A DNA stretch of 64,000 nucleotides from Phycisphaerae bacterium. Its GTDB lineage: Bacteria > Planctomycetota > Phycisphaerae > JAAYCJ01. Below, one piece after another: positions 18,696-28,469 of this stretch. The notes beneath the pieces were generated by a model. That model was not told the DNA's origin. It saw nothing but the letters and a program-made list of their open reading frames with translations, and searched no databases. Position numbers and translations under genes: made by a program. Numbering within the stretch: position 1 is the stretch's first letter; every line of letters begins with the position of its first letter. The stretch lies in assembly GCA_041658725.1 (NCBI GenBank), contig JBAZZQ010000008.1:18070-82069 (forward strand), written 5' to 3'.

Positions 18696-20094
18696 TCGTC
18701 AAACAAAAAAATATTCCATCGGTTTTATTCCGGTGATGGCGAAACTCTACAAGAACCTTCTTCCGGATTTGCAGGTCCAACTCCAACAATTTTCCGGTCA
18801 GATTGGCCGGGCGTTATCGGATCGTCAACTGGAAATAAAAACCGGCCAGGTTGCCGTTGAGGATTCGGAAATTCGACGGCAAATCCGTTCGTTCGAAGAG
18901 GCGCATATCGACCTTCTGGTCATTGGGCACGTCAGTTATTGTCCGAGCGGGGAAATTCTTCCCGGATTGCTGAAAACGAAGTTGCCTGTGCTCCTCTGGC
19001 CGGCTCAGCCCATGCTTGAATTAAGCGGCAAGCATTACGATGGGGAGGCTATGATTCACAATCATGGCGTTCACGGAACGCAGGACCTGGCGAATATTTT
19101 GATGCGAAACAATCGCCCCTGTGGTGTTTTGCATGGCCATTACCGCCAACTGTCCTTCAAAAAAGAATTGCTCTCCTGGGTTCGGGCCGGTCGTGCAGTT
19201 ACTTCCATGAAATCATCCCGGCCGCTGGTTCTTGGAGGTCATTTTGAGCAAATGCTTGATCTTCAATTGGGAAAAACAAATTTTCCAAAAACCTTCGGCA
19301 TCCAATCGCGTGAAATATCGCTGAATGAATTTATCCAATCCGTGAAAACCGTTTTGGAAAAAGACATTAAGGCTGGAATTAATCGCTATCGATCCTGTTT
19401 TGAATTGGACAAACACCTGACCCAGACATTTCTTGAAAAAACGGCCCGCCATGACGTTGCCTTGCGAAATCTCATGCGCCAGCGCAAAAGTTCCGCCGTC
19501 GGAATCAATTTTCAGGCTTTATGCAACGATCCCCGAATCGGAGATGCACTGCACGTAGCGGCCAGTCTGCTTATGTCGGACGGGTTGGGTTACGCGGGGG
19601 AAGGCGATTGGGTTACCGCGATGCTCGTTTGTGGGCTAAGGTCGATCTCGCCAAGAGTGACGTTTACGGAAATTTTTTCCGTGGGTTATCGGGATAACCG
19701 CCTGGTGCTCCGCCACTGGGGAGAAGGAAATTTTGACTTGGCCAGAAAAAAACCTCTTCTTAAAATCAGTCAATTCAAAGATAAGCATCCCGCCGAATTC
19801 GCGGTCATGAATTTTGAATTTAAGCCAGGACTGGCGACTCTGGTCAACCTGAACGTTGGAAAGGACGGACATGCGCAAATCCTTTCCATCGCCGGCAGGA
19901 TTGCCCCCGAATCACTTTCCGCGGTGGATGGCCCGCGAGGGATATTCAAGCCAGACCGGAAGCAAATTTCCGAATTATTGAGCGACTACGCGTATCAGGG
20001 CGGCAGCCATCATCTGGTGATGGTTATGGAGCAGGCTGAGAATGTTTTGGACAAAATTTCAAAATTAACCGGCTGGAGGTATGTAAAGGTATAA
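18688..20094 (+). CDS. L-arabinose isomerase family protein (AraA-like sugar isomerase)
   Basis: GYAGEGDWVTAMLV and GGSHHLVMV match the AraA active-site regions (GFAGEGDWKTAAL; GGAHHTV). A GTG start overlaps the upstream stop (GTGA). Confidence 0.55.
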   Translation: MTDRQTKKYSIGFIPVMAKLYKNLLPDLQVQLQQFSGQIGRALSDRQLEIKTGQVAVEDSEIRRQIRSFEEAHIDLLVIGHVSYCPSGEILPGLLKTKLPVLLWPAQPMLELSGKHYDGEAMIHNHGVHGTQDLANILMRNNRPCGVLHGHYRQLSFKKELLSWVRAGRAVTSMKSSRPLVLGGHFEQMLDLQLGKTNFPKTFGIQSREISLNEFIQSVKTVLEKDIKAGINRYRSCFELDKHLTQTFLEKTARHDVALRNLMRQRKSSAVGINFQALCNDPRIGDALHVAASLLMSDGLGYAGEGDWVTAMLVCGLRSISPRVTFTEIFSVGYRDNRLVLRHWGEGNFDLARKKPLLKISQFKDKHPAEFAVMNFEFKPGLATLVNLNVGKDGHAQILSIAGRIAPESLSAVDGPRGIFKPDRKQISELLSDYAYQGGSHHLVMVMEQAENVLDKISKLTGWRYVKV

Positions 20095-20102
20095 CAAAAT
20101 TG

Positions 20103-20219
20103 AATATCCAATATCCGACACTCAACACCCAACATCCAAGTAAAGAAAACAAGAGACGCCGAATCCTTGCCCTTCTCTTCACTTGAGTGTTGGATGTCGA
20201 GTGTTGAATGTTGGATATT
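20103..20219. repeat. Heptamer-periodic hairpin element (ATATCCA/ACAYYCA units). The left arm is repeated at 60139-60176. It probably acts as a terminator or REP-like element.
   Basis: Left arm 20103-20141 and inverted right arm 20181-20219, each built from five 7-nt units. It lies 9 nt after the isomerase stop. Confidence 0.5.
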
Positions 20220-20252
20220 AAATTGAATTTCCTATTTATTGAAGGAGAATTT

Positions 20253-21062
20253 ATGAAAGACAATTTGTTTTTTTCACGGTTTTTTAGCGAGGGTCCTGTT
20301 TTGGTGGTGGCCGTCGATCATGGTTTGTTCGACGGTCCGGTTCCCGGAGTCCACCAGGTAAACAAAATTGCCGAAAATATCCATCCGGACATCGACGCCG
20401 TGCTGGTTTCCCCCGGAATGTTTCGACACCTCAAGGAGGATCTCTTTGGCAAACGTCATTGCCCCCAACCGATCGTTCGGATCAATTGGTCGAGCATCTA
20501 CTGCTTTTCCTGGGACTATCATGCGGGAGATACCGTAACGACTTATCAGCCAATGGACCTCTTGAAAATGGGAGTCCCCGTGGTTTTGATTTCCCTCTCC
20601 TTACGAACCGGATCAGAAGCGAGGGACGCCGAAAACGTAAAAATATTCGCCGACCTGTGCCGGCAGGCTCATGACCTGGGCATGATGGTGATCGGGGAAT
20701 ATTTTCCGGTGAACGATGAAAAACTCAACGTTGACGAGATGCACGAGGAGATCAAAATCGGATGCCGTATTCTTTTCGAATTGGGGGCCGATGTGATTAA
20801 AACCTTTCATACCCGCGACTTTGACAAAGTGGCGCAAGGTTGTCCTATCCCGATTCTGACCCTGGGCGGCAAGCGCGCCCCCTCGGACCTTGCCGCGCTG
20901 GAAATGGCTGAAATCCAGATTAAATCCGGGGCAGCGGGGATCGTCTTCGGGCGAAACGTCTTTCAGTCGCCCAAGCCCATTGCCCTGCAAAAGGCGATCC
21001 TGGACGTTTTAAAAAATAACGTTTCCGCCCGTCAGGCGGCCAAAAAACATGGACTAAAATAA
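20253..21062 (+). CDS. Class I (DhnA/FbaB-type) aldolase, DeoC/LacD superfamily
   Basis: VVAVDHG N-terminal motif. Schiff-base lysine context GADVIKT. Length 270 aa. RBS ggaga. Confidence 0.7.
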   Translation: MKDNLFFSRFFSEGPVLVVAVDHGLFDGPVPGVHQVNKIAENIHPDIDAVLVSPGMFRHLKEDLFGKRHCPQPIVRINWSSIYCFSWDYHAGDTVTTYQPMDLLKMGVPVVLISLSLRTGSEARDAENVKIFADLCRQAHDLGMMVIGEYFPVNDEKLNVDEMHEEIKIGCRILFELGADVIKTFHTRDFDKVAQGCPIPILTLGGKRAPSDLAALEMAEIQIKSGAAGIVFGRNVFQSPKPIALQKAILDVLKNNVSARQAAKKHGLK

Positions 21063-21078
21063 AAAAGGAAATAGAACC

Positions 21079-22329
21079 ATGAACGAAAAACTTATTCGAG
21101 TGGGTGTGCTGGGGGTTGGACGCGGCCGGGGTTTTGCGCTCGGCGCCGGTCCGCATCTTGGTATGCAACTGGTTGCCCTGTGTGATACCTGGGAAGAAAA
21201 ACTTCGCCAGGTCGGTAAGGAATTAAACGTTACAACCTACACCGATTATCAAAAATTCCTGGCCCACGACATGGACGCGGTGATCCTCGCGAATTTTTTT
21301 CACGAGCACGCCCCATTCGCAATCCAGGCACTTGCCGCCGGAAAGCACGTCATGAGCGAAACCGCCGCATGCTTTACACTAGGGGAGGGAGTGGCACTCA
21401 TAGAGGCTGTGGAAAAGTCGGGCAAAACCTACATGTTCGCCGAGAATTATCCGTACATGGTATTCAATCAGGAAATGCGCCGTATCTACCACACCGGAAA
21501 GCTTGGTGAGGTTCAATACGCCGAGGGTGAATACATTCACCCCATGTCCGCAGAGTTTTACAACTCTATCTCCTGTGGTTACAATCACTGGCGAAACTGG
21601 CTTCCCCTTATTTATTACAGCACCCATGCCCTGGCGCCGGTGATGTATGTAACCGACACCTGGCCGACGAAAGTCAACGGATTCATTGTTCCATACGACC
21701 CCGAGGATAAAGAACATTTTCAAAAAACCGTCCGGCGAAGCGACCTGGCCTGGGCTATCATGCTCCACATGGACAACCAATCGCTGGTCCGACTCACCGG
21801 CCTGTCGCAACGGGGGCATGGGAATTGGTACCGCTTCCACTGCCAAAAGGGCTTGATGGAAAATCTGCGATATGGCAATCCTGACATGGTCCGCATCCAT
21901 CGCGAGTCCTATGACCGGAAAAAAGGCGAGCCGGAGGAAATGATTTGTCTTCCCGAATTTCCCGAGTACCACGACCGTGCGACGCAAAGCGGCCACGGCG
22001 GCGGGGATTTTTTCATGAACCTGCATTTCGCCCAGTCCATTCGCACCGGGAAACCCCCATATTTCGATGTCTACCGCGGGGTGGCCATGTCCATTATCGG
22101 GTCGCTAGCCTACCGGTCCGCTCTGAACAACTCCAATACCGTCGAGGTTCCCGATTTTCGAAAACCTGCCCAACGGGTCAAATACAAAAACGATCATTGG
22201 AACCCCGACCCGAAGCGTTACAAAAAAGGTTACCCCAAATCCAGTATTCTCGGCGACATCAAACCCCCGGCCAGCGGGTTCGCCTTCGCCCATAAATGCT
22301 GGAAGAAAGCCGGATACCACGGCGAATAG
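21079..22329 (+). CDS. Gfo/Idh/MocA family oxidoreductase
   Basis: IRVGVLGVGRGRGFA Rossmann start. It carries a long C-terminal extension typical of glycoside-hydrolase-109-like/MocA members. Confidence 0.75.
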   Translation: MNEKLIRVGVLGVGRGRGFALGAGPHLGMQLVALCDTWEEKLRQVGKELNVTTYTDYQKFLAHDMDAVILANFFHEHAPFAIQALAAGKHVMSETAACFTLGEGVALIEAVEKSGKTYMFAENYPYMVFNQEMRRIYHTGKLGEVQYAEGEYIHPMSAEFYNSISCGYNHWRNWLPLIYYSTHALAPVMYVTDTWPTKVNGFIVPYDPEDKEHFQKTVRRSDLAWAIMLHMDNQSLVRLTGLSQRGHGNWYRFHCQKGLMENLRYGNPDMVRIHRESYDRKKGEPEEMICLPEFPEYHDRATQSGHGGGDFFMNLHFAQSIRTGKPPYFDVYRGVAMSIIGSLAYRSALNNSNTVEVPDFRKPAQRVKYKNDHWNPDPKRYKKGYPKSSILGDIKPPASGFAFAHKCWKKAGYHGE

Positions 22330-22342
22330 GGAGGAAACTTCC

Positions 22343-23428
22343 ATGCCGCTATTGTACAAGGATGACTGGGACGAAACCAAAGACCGATACCGCGCCTGGT
22401 GGAACGGCGAGTATATCGGTCGCTGCGGATTGTTCGTTACCGCGCCGCGAGAGGGAATCCCCAACACCCCCCCGCCGACACCGCCCGAAGACCCGGAAGA
22501 ACGCTGGACGGACCTGGACTACATGTGTAAAGCCCAGGACTATGAATTTCGAAGGACGTATTATGGAGCCGAAGCGTTTCCCAATTATTATCCCGGTTAT
22601 CCTGGCCATACGGCCATTCCGGCTTTTTTAGGATGCAAGACGACCCTGGACCATGAAACCGGATGGTGGGAGCCTTTTTTGAGCGGCCCAGAATGGAGAA
22701 TTAAAGACATCGTTCTGAACAAAGAATCGCGATGGTGGAAGTTTGCCATCGAGCAATTAGACCGAATGACAAACGATGCCCTGGGAAAAGCTATTCCCAG
22801 TACCGGCGCGTTCGGAGGATCAGGTGATACTCTGGCAGCCATTCGTGGCACAGACCGACTCCTCATCGACGTGATGGAACGGTCTGATCTTGTTCGCCAA
22901 ACCGAAGAGTACCTGATGGACATGTGGTTTGAGGTTTATGATACATTTTACGACATTGTCAAAGAATCGACCGACGGCGGATCACAAGGATGGTTTCCAT
23001 TATGGGCCCCCGGAAAGTTCTATGGCGCGCAGAATGATTTTTCATACATGATCTCACCGGCCATGTTCCGCGACCTCTTTTTGGCCGTGATTCGCCGGCA
23101 AACTGAATTTTTGGATTATACGATCTACCACGTCGACGGGATCGGCGCCTTCGCCCACGTGCCCGCCTTGTGCGAACTTCCCAAACTCCAAGCCATTCAA
23201 ATTTTACCCGGTGACGGGAAACCCAGCCCGCTGCATTATCCCCAAGTGCTTAAAATCGTACAGCAGGCTGGAAAAAATCTTTGGATCATGATCGAACCAA
23301 ACGAAGTGGAACAGGCCCTCGCCCTGTTGTCAGCCAAAGGGTTGTTTATCCATACAACATGCAAAACGGAATCGCAAGCCCGGCAATTAATCGAAAATGT
23401 CAAAAAATGGTCCCGGAGACGAATATGA
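22343..23428 (+). CDS. Uroporphyrinogen decarboxylase (URO-D)-like family protein of unknown function
   Basis: Strong RBS gggagga. The size and the C-terminal region (HVDGIGAFAHVPALCELPKLQAIQI) resemble URO-D/MtaA-like TIM barrels. The assignment is tentative. Confidence 0.45.
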   Translation: MPLLYKDDWDETKDRYRAWWNGEYIGRCGLFVTAPREGIPNTPPPTPPEDPEERWTDLDYMCKAQDYEFRRTYYGAEAFPNYYPGYPGHTAIPAFLGCKTTLDHETGWWEPFLSGPEWRIKDIVLNKESRWWKFAIEQLDRMTNDALGKAIPSTGAFGGSGDTLAAIRGTDRLLIDVMERSDLVRQTEEYLMDMWFEVYDTFYDIVKESTDGGSQGWFPLWAPGKFYGAQNDFSYMISPAMFRDLFLAVIRRQTEFLDYTIYHVDGIGAFAHVPALCELPKLQAIQILPGDGKPSPLHYPQVLKIVQQAGKNLWIMIEPNEVEQALALLSAKGLFIHTTCKTESQARQLIENVKKWSRRRI

Positions 23429-24555
23429 ATTTAGGCAAGTCCGCAAAATTGGCATGGCAAACGATTCGCCAGGAACCGACGAAGGGAATTCCCTCCTGGA
23501 TGATTCTTGTGATGGAACATTCAATCATCGAGCGTTTTGCAGGCGTAGAACCGGGGGCCTATTGCAACGACCCGGAACCTGTTTACATCAAATTCCAGCA
23601 GTCCGTTGGAACCTGTATGTTGGATCAGTACATTCCAACCAATCCCCTGACTATAGGCAACCACGGTTATGAAAACACCGAAAAAGGCGCCACAACCGGG
23701 GCGGATAAAATTGTCCTCGACGGTCTGTTGATCGATTCCCCGGAAGCCGTCATCGAACATATAGAGACTTTTATTTTCCCGGAAATCTCAAAACAAATCT
23801 CCGCATATGACGAAACCCGTCATGTTCAGCAACTTTTACAGGAAGAAACTGACATTCAGAAAAAGCTTGGCCCAGGTATTTTAAAAGTACCTTATAACGC
23901 CAGTATTCCTTTCCTTCTTTATGGAACGTATGGGTATTCCGAATTCTTTATGGCCTATGCGTTGTACCCGGAAGTGATGGAAAAGTATTTTTCATTATCC
24001 GCGGACCTGGGCCTTATTAAAAATCGGGGGCTCGCCCGTGCCTTTCAGGAGGGAAATCTTCCTCCTCTGCTGCGGGTCGATAGTGATATGGCCGACTCGC
24101 GGGGCACTTTGGTTGATATCAAATCCCTGGATAAAATCTGGTTCCCTCACTTTGCTCGCAGTCTGGAGCCTTTACTCCAAGCCGGCATTAAGATGATCTG
24201 GCACTGTGACGGAAACCTTATGCAGATGGTCCCTCGATTGCTGGATGCCGGGCTGTGTGGGTTCCAGGGTTTCCAATACGAAGACGGAATGGATTATGAA
24301 AAAATCTGTAAAATGAAAGCCCGGAATGGAAACGACCTTATCATTATTGCCGGGGTTTCTGTAACTCGGACGCTCCCCAAAGGAAAACCGGACGATGTTA
24401 AACGTGAATTGAAATGGCTGGTTGAAAAGGGTCCTAAAACCGGATTATTCCTCGGTGGGTCCAGTTCGATTACTCCGGGAGTGAGCTATGAGAATATTAA
24501 AACCCTGGTCGATGGCCTGCTTCATTACCAGGAACATGGCAGGGCCGGCCTATGA
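23424..24555 (+). CDS. URO-D-like (methyltransferase MtaA/CmuA-like) family protein
   Basis: The C-terminal block HCDGNLMQMVPRLLDAGLCGFQGFQYEDGMD is typical of the URO-D superfamily. The start overlaps the upstream stop (ATGA). Confidence 0.5.
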
Positions 24556-25604
24556 AACCGGTGATCCAAATCACTCCTTACGACCGGGCATTTTACGATG
24601 AATTCATTCGGGATTTTCTGCCTCCCGCCGTGATCGATATCCATACTCACGTCTGGCTGGAGCAATTCCGTTCCACAGACCCCAACCCGCGTCCACTGGT
24701 AACATGGCCCGCACGGGTCGCTTCGGAAAATTCCATCGAACATTTGCGGGAAACTTACGAATTGATGTTTCCCGGCAAAATTGTTACCCCGCTTGTTTTT
24801 GCCAATGTCCTATCCCGGAAAGACTGTCTGGAGGCAGGAAATGACTATATCGCCGAGTGCATGAAAACATGGAATCTGCCCGGTTTGATCTGGTCCACTC
24901 CCGACTGGAACGGGCAGGAACTGGAAACGAAGATTCGTGCCGGTAACTTTCGTGGGGCAAAATCCTATCTCGCCCTGGCCCCAGCCCATATCCCCGATTC
25001 GGAAATCACCATCTATGATTTCTTCCCCCCTCCGCAATTGGAAGTGTTAAATCATCATGGATGGATCATGATGCTGCATATCCCCCGTCCGGGACGTTTG
25101 CGCGATCCGGTGAACTTGCGGCAGATGATCGAAATTGAGAAAAAATATCCAAACATCAAACTGATTATCGCCCACGTCGGGCGCGCCTATTGTCCCGAGG
25201 ATATCGGAAACGCCTTCGAGACGCTGGCTGACACTCGATCCCTGATGTTCGACATATCCGCCAATACTAATCGTATCGTCTTTGAAAAACTTATTTCCGA
25301 GGTGGGTTCTGAGCGTATTTTATTTGGAAGCGATCTACCCATCGCCCGAATGCGGATGCGGCGTATCTGCGAAAACGGCAGATATGTCAATCTGGTTCCT
25401 CGTGGATTGTACGGCGACGTTTCGGCCGATCCTAACATGCGTGAAGTGGAAGTTGACGACGCGGAGCAGATGACATTCTTTCTGTATGAAGAAATCAAGG
25501 CCTTTCGTCTTGCCGCCGAGAAGGCCGGACTTAACAAAAACGACATAGAAGATATCTTTTGCCATAATGCCCGTAGACTTATTCAGGACACGATGGAAAC
25601 CTGA
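24552..25604 (+). CDS. Amidohydrolase-2 family metal-dependent hydrolase (TIM barrel)
   Basis: DIHTHVW N-terminal metal-binding motif and an HVGRAY histidine later in the sequence. Translationally coupled to the upstream gene. Confidence 0.65.
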   Translation: MKPVIQITPYDRAFYDEFIRDFLPPAVIDIHTHVWLEQFRSTDPNPRPLVTWPARVASENSIEHLRETYELMFPGKIVTPLVFANVLSRKDCLEAGNDYIAECMKTWNLPGLIWSTPDWNGQELETKIRAGNFRGAKSYLALAPAHIPDSEITIYDFFPPPQLEVLNHHGWIMMLHIPRPGRLRDPVNLRQMIEIEKKYPNIKLIIAHVGRAYCPEDIGNAFETLADTRSLMFDISANTNRIVFEKLISEVGSERILFGSDLPIARMRMRRICENGRYVNLVPRGLYGDVSADPNMREVEVDDAEQMTFFLYEEIKAFRLAAEKAGLNKNDIEDIFCHNARRLIQDTMET

Positions 25605-25788
25605 TGATGTCATCCTGAGCGTCTTCACGAAGGAATGAGATTGCTTCGTCGCTACGCTCCTCGCAATGACAGTGCCTGAACGGGTACAACATTTTTTATT
25701 TATTGCCCTTGACTGCGCCGGGAATGTTCTTTATACTAAACAGTATGTAGTTTAATAAGAACACTCGATTTTGTGGAAAAAGGGACGT

Positions 25789-26343
25789 ATGAAACCGGAA
25801 GAATTCGGAATCCATCTGGAGCGGATGCGGAGCACGATGGGCTTGGGATTGCGCGAATTGGGGCGCAAGGCCGGCATGTCGCCGGGTGCGCTTTCGGCGA
25901 TTGAAAAGGGTCAAAGCAGCCCCACGCTGGCCACGTTGCATAAAATCCTTCGCGCCTTGGGGACCGATTTCGCGGGATTTTTCGCAACCTCTGCCCAAAA
26001 TGGCGCTGATCCGGTATTCGAGGCCAAAACCCACCGGATGGCCCAGGACGCGTATCGTCAATATGTCTTTCTGTTTCCCAAACGCGAGGATATGCGATTT
26101 GAGATGGTATTGGAAACGATTTTGCCGACGGAAAAAAAACCGGAATGGGAGACGCATGATTGTGATCTCGGAGGATATATCATTTCTGGTGGGCCGGTCA
26201 AAGTGGAAATCGAGGGGGTGGGCAAATGGACGCTTAAAAAAGGGGATTCCTTTTACATCAAGTCGGGTCATAAACACCGGGCAACGAATATGGGAAATAA
26301 CCCTTTAAAAATGGTTACGACTTTTGATCCACCACGTTATTAA
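25789..26343 (+). CDS. XRE-family HTH transcriptional regulator with a C-terminal cupin domain
   Basis: HTH LRELGRKAGMSPGALSAIEKGQSSPTLATLHKILRALG. The cupin barrel has GDSFYIKSGHKHRATNMG. Confidence 0.75.
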   Translation: MKPEEFGIHLERMRSTMGLGLRELGRKAGMSPGALSAIEKGQSSPTLATLHKILRALGTDFAGFFATSAQNGADPVFEAKTHRMAQDAYRQYVFLFPKREDMRFEMVLETILPTEKKPEWETHDCDLGGYIISGGPVKVEIEGVGKWTLKKGDSFYIKSGHKHRATNMGNNPLKMVTTFDPPRY

Positions 26344-26358
26344 TTTTGGAGAAAATGA

Positions 26359-27681
26359 ATGAACAAAGAGTGTTTGGCGATGGACGGCGGCAGTAAGGCA
26401 GTGGGAAATCTGGGGCCTTACCCCAGCAAGATCGGTCAGGACGAGTTGCTGGAACTTTTGAGCCTGTGGGAATTTTCCCCGCAAAACGCGGGAAAGATTC
26501 GGGATATTATCGAAGGCGAAAAGAACCTGCGGGGTCCGCACCTGTTTCGCTATTACAACCCCAAACCGAGCAAGGTGGCCGAGGCGGAAGTCGCGATGGC
26601 CAAGCTTATCGGAACCAAGTGTTGTCTGGCCGTCAATTCCTGCACTTCGGCTTTGGTGGCCGCTTACCGGGCGTTGGGGATCGGGGCGGGTGATGAGGTG
26701 ATCGTACCGGCCTATACGTTTTTTGCCACGGCAGCGACGGTCATCGCTTCCAACGCCATTCCCGTGATCGTCGATGTTGACGACACGTTGACATTGGATC
26801 CCAAAGCGATCGAAAAGGCCATCACCCGCCGCACCAAAGCCATCGTCCCTGTTCACATGCGCGGAGCGCCGGCCCAGATGGACGCGATTTTGGATATTGC
26901 CAAACGCAAGGGTATTGCGGTTATCGAGGATGTGGCGCAGGCTTGCGGCGGGAGCTTTAACGGCAAGCGTCTGGGCAGCCTCGGGACGATGGGGTGTTTC
27001 AGCTTTGATTACTACAAAATAATCGTCAGCGGTGAGGGCGGATTTATCACGACCAACGACGAGTGGCTATATACGCGAGCCCAAAGCTGGCACGACACAG
27101 CCGCTTGTTGGCGACCGGACCGGTTTGCCAACGAGCAGAGGAAAGGCGAACTCTTTTGCGGAGAAAACTACCGCATGAGCGAATTGGAAGGCGCGGTGGC
27201 GGTAGCCCAAATCCGAAAAACGGACCAGACGCTCCTGGGATATCGTCAAGCCTGTCAGTGGATCAAAACGGGAATCGATAAATTTCCCGGCCTGTCGTTC
27301 CGCCGACTCACCGACGAAAAGGGTGACGCGGGCATTTGCCTGGTCCTCTACCTGCCCGATGCGGACAAGACGAAACGGGCCATGGAGGCCATGAAGGCCG
27401 AGGGCGTACCGGCGGGAGGAATCTACGATTCCAAAGTCCGCGACTGGCACGTATTCTGTTACTGGGAACATATTCTGGATAAAAAGACGGTGGCCGGCGA
27501 CGGTCTGCCCTGGAGCGCGATACCGGCAGAGGAGCTTCCGAAGTATTCACGCGACATGTGCCCCAAGACGCTGGATTTGCTTGCACGGTCGATCCATATC
27601 GAAATCAATCAGAGCTATACCCAAAAAGATTGCCAGGCAATCTCCGAAGGTATCAATAAAGTATTGAGGAGCGTGCTATGA
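26359..27681 (+). CDS. DegT/DnrJ/EryC1/StrS family PLP-dependent aminotransferase
   Basis: LAVNSCTSALVAAYRALGIGAGDEVIVPAYTFFATA and FSFDYYKII (Lys region) are hallmark DegT motifs. Confidence 0.85.
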   Translation: MNKECLAMDGGSKAVGNLGPYPSKIGQDELLELLSLWEFSPQNAGKIRDIIEGEKNLRGPHLFRYYNPKPSKVAEAEVAMAKLIGTKCCLAVNSCTSALVAAYRALGIGAGDEVIVPAYTFFATAATVIASNAIPVIVDVDDTLTLDPKAIEKAITRRTKAIVPVHMRGAPAQMDAILDIAKRKGIAVIEDVAQACGGSFNGKRLGSLGTMGCFSFDYYKIIVSGEGGFITTNDEWLYTRAQSWHDTAACWRPDRFANEQRKGELFCGENYRMSELEGAVAVAQIRKTDQTLLGYRQACQWIKTGIDKFPGLSFRRLTDEKGDAGICLVLYLPDADKTKRAMEAMKAEGVPAGGIYDSKVRDWHVFCYWEHILDKKTVAGDGLPWSAIPAEELPKYSRDMCPKTLDLLARSIHIEINQSYTQKDCQAISEGINKVLRSVL

Positions 27682-28469
27682 AACTGGGACTGTGTCTGGA
27701 AATGGTCTTTACCAAACTACCATTTGAAAAACGGATAGAGAAGGCGGCGAAACTGGGCTTTAAATTCATTGAGATGTGGTTTACCGATATGACGTATAAG
27801 GGAACTGCCGATGAGTTGGCAAGGATCGCCAAAAAAAATAAGGTGACGATCACCAATACCGTTATCGGCTCTCCCGATGGTTCTATTGGAGGTGGGCTGA
27901 CTAACCCGAAGAATCGAAAACTGTGGCTTGAACGAACCCGATCTACTCTGGATTATACCCGGCGGGCGAATATCCCTGCTACGATCGTCTGCACGGGAAA
28001 CACGGTCGAGGGACTTAGCGAAAAGAAGATGTTCCAATCGGTGGTTGATGGTCTGAAGGCGACGGCGGACCTGGCCGAAAAGGCGGGGATCACTCTCCTT
28101 CTTGAACCCCTGAACACGAAATATGATCACGCCGGCTACTGGTGCGATGGGAGTGACAAGGGAGCAGAAATCTGCCGGGCCGTCGGTTCGAAGCAATTGA
28201 AAATGCTCTTCGACTGCTACCACATGCAGATCATGGAGGGCGACCTGGTCAATCATATCAAGAAGCACATCAGCGTGATCGGGCATTTCCATTCCGCTGG
28301 TGTACCCGGACGCCACGAACTCTTTACCGGCGAAACAAATTATCCGCTGCTGCTCAAAGAGATTGAAAAGGCCGGATATAAGGGCGTCTTCGCGATGGAA
28401 TACGCACCCTCTATGCCGGATGAAAAATCCCTGAAGCTGACGCTGGAGTATTTGAAAAGGAGCAAGTAA
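27678..28469 (+). CDS. Sugar phosphate isomerase/epimerase, xylose-isomerase-like TIM barrel (hydroxypyruvate isomerase Hyi-like)
   Basis: MKLGLCLEMVF...GFKFIEMW and LLEPLN...FDCYHMQIMEGD conserved blocks. Confidence 0.75.
   Translation: MKLGLCLEMVFTKLPFEKRIEKAAKLGFKFIEMWFTDMTYKGTADELARIAKKNKVTITNTVIGSPDGSIGGGLTNPKNRKLWLERTRSTLDYTRRANIPATIVCTGNTVEGLSEKKMFQSVVDGLKATADLAEKAGITLLLEPLNTKYDHAGYWCDGSDKGAEICRAVGSKQLKMLFDCYHMQIMEGDLVNHIKKHISVIGHFHSAGVPGRHELFTGETNYPLLLKEIEKAGYKGVFAMEYAPSMPDEKSLKLTLEYLKRSK

Noticed and set aside
25613-25680. Hairpin-rich sequence after the amidohydrolase gene that shares an 11-mer with the MITE-like core at 12115
   Set aside because: The similarity is limited to about 11 nt plus loose resemblance. 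It is most likely an ordinary intrinsic terminator, and is only mentioned under the MITE finding.
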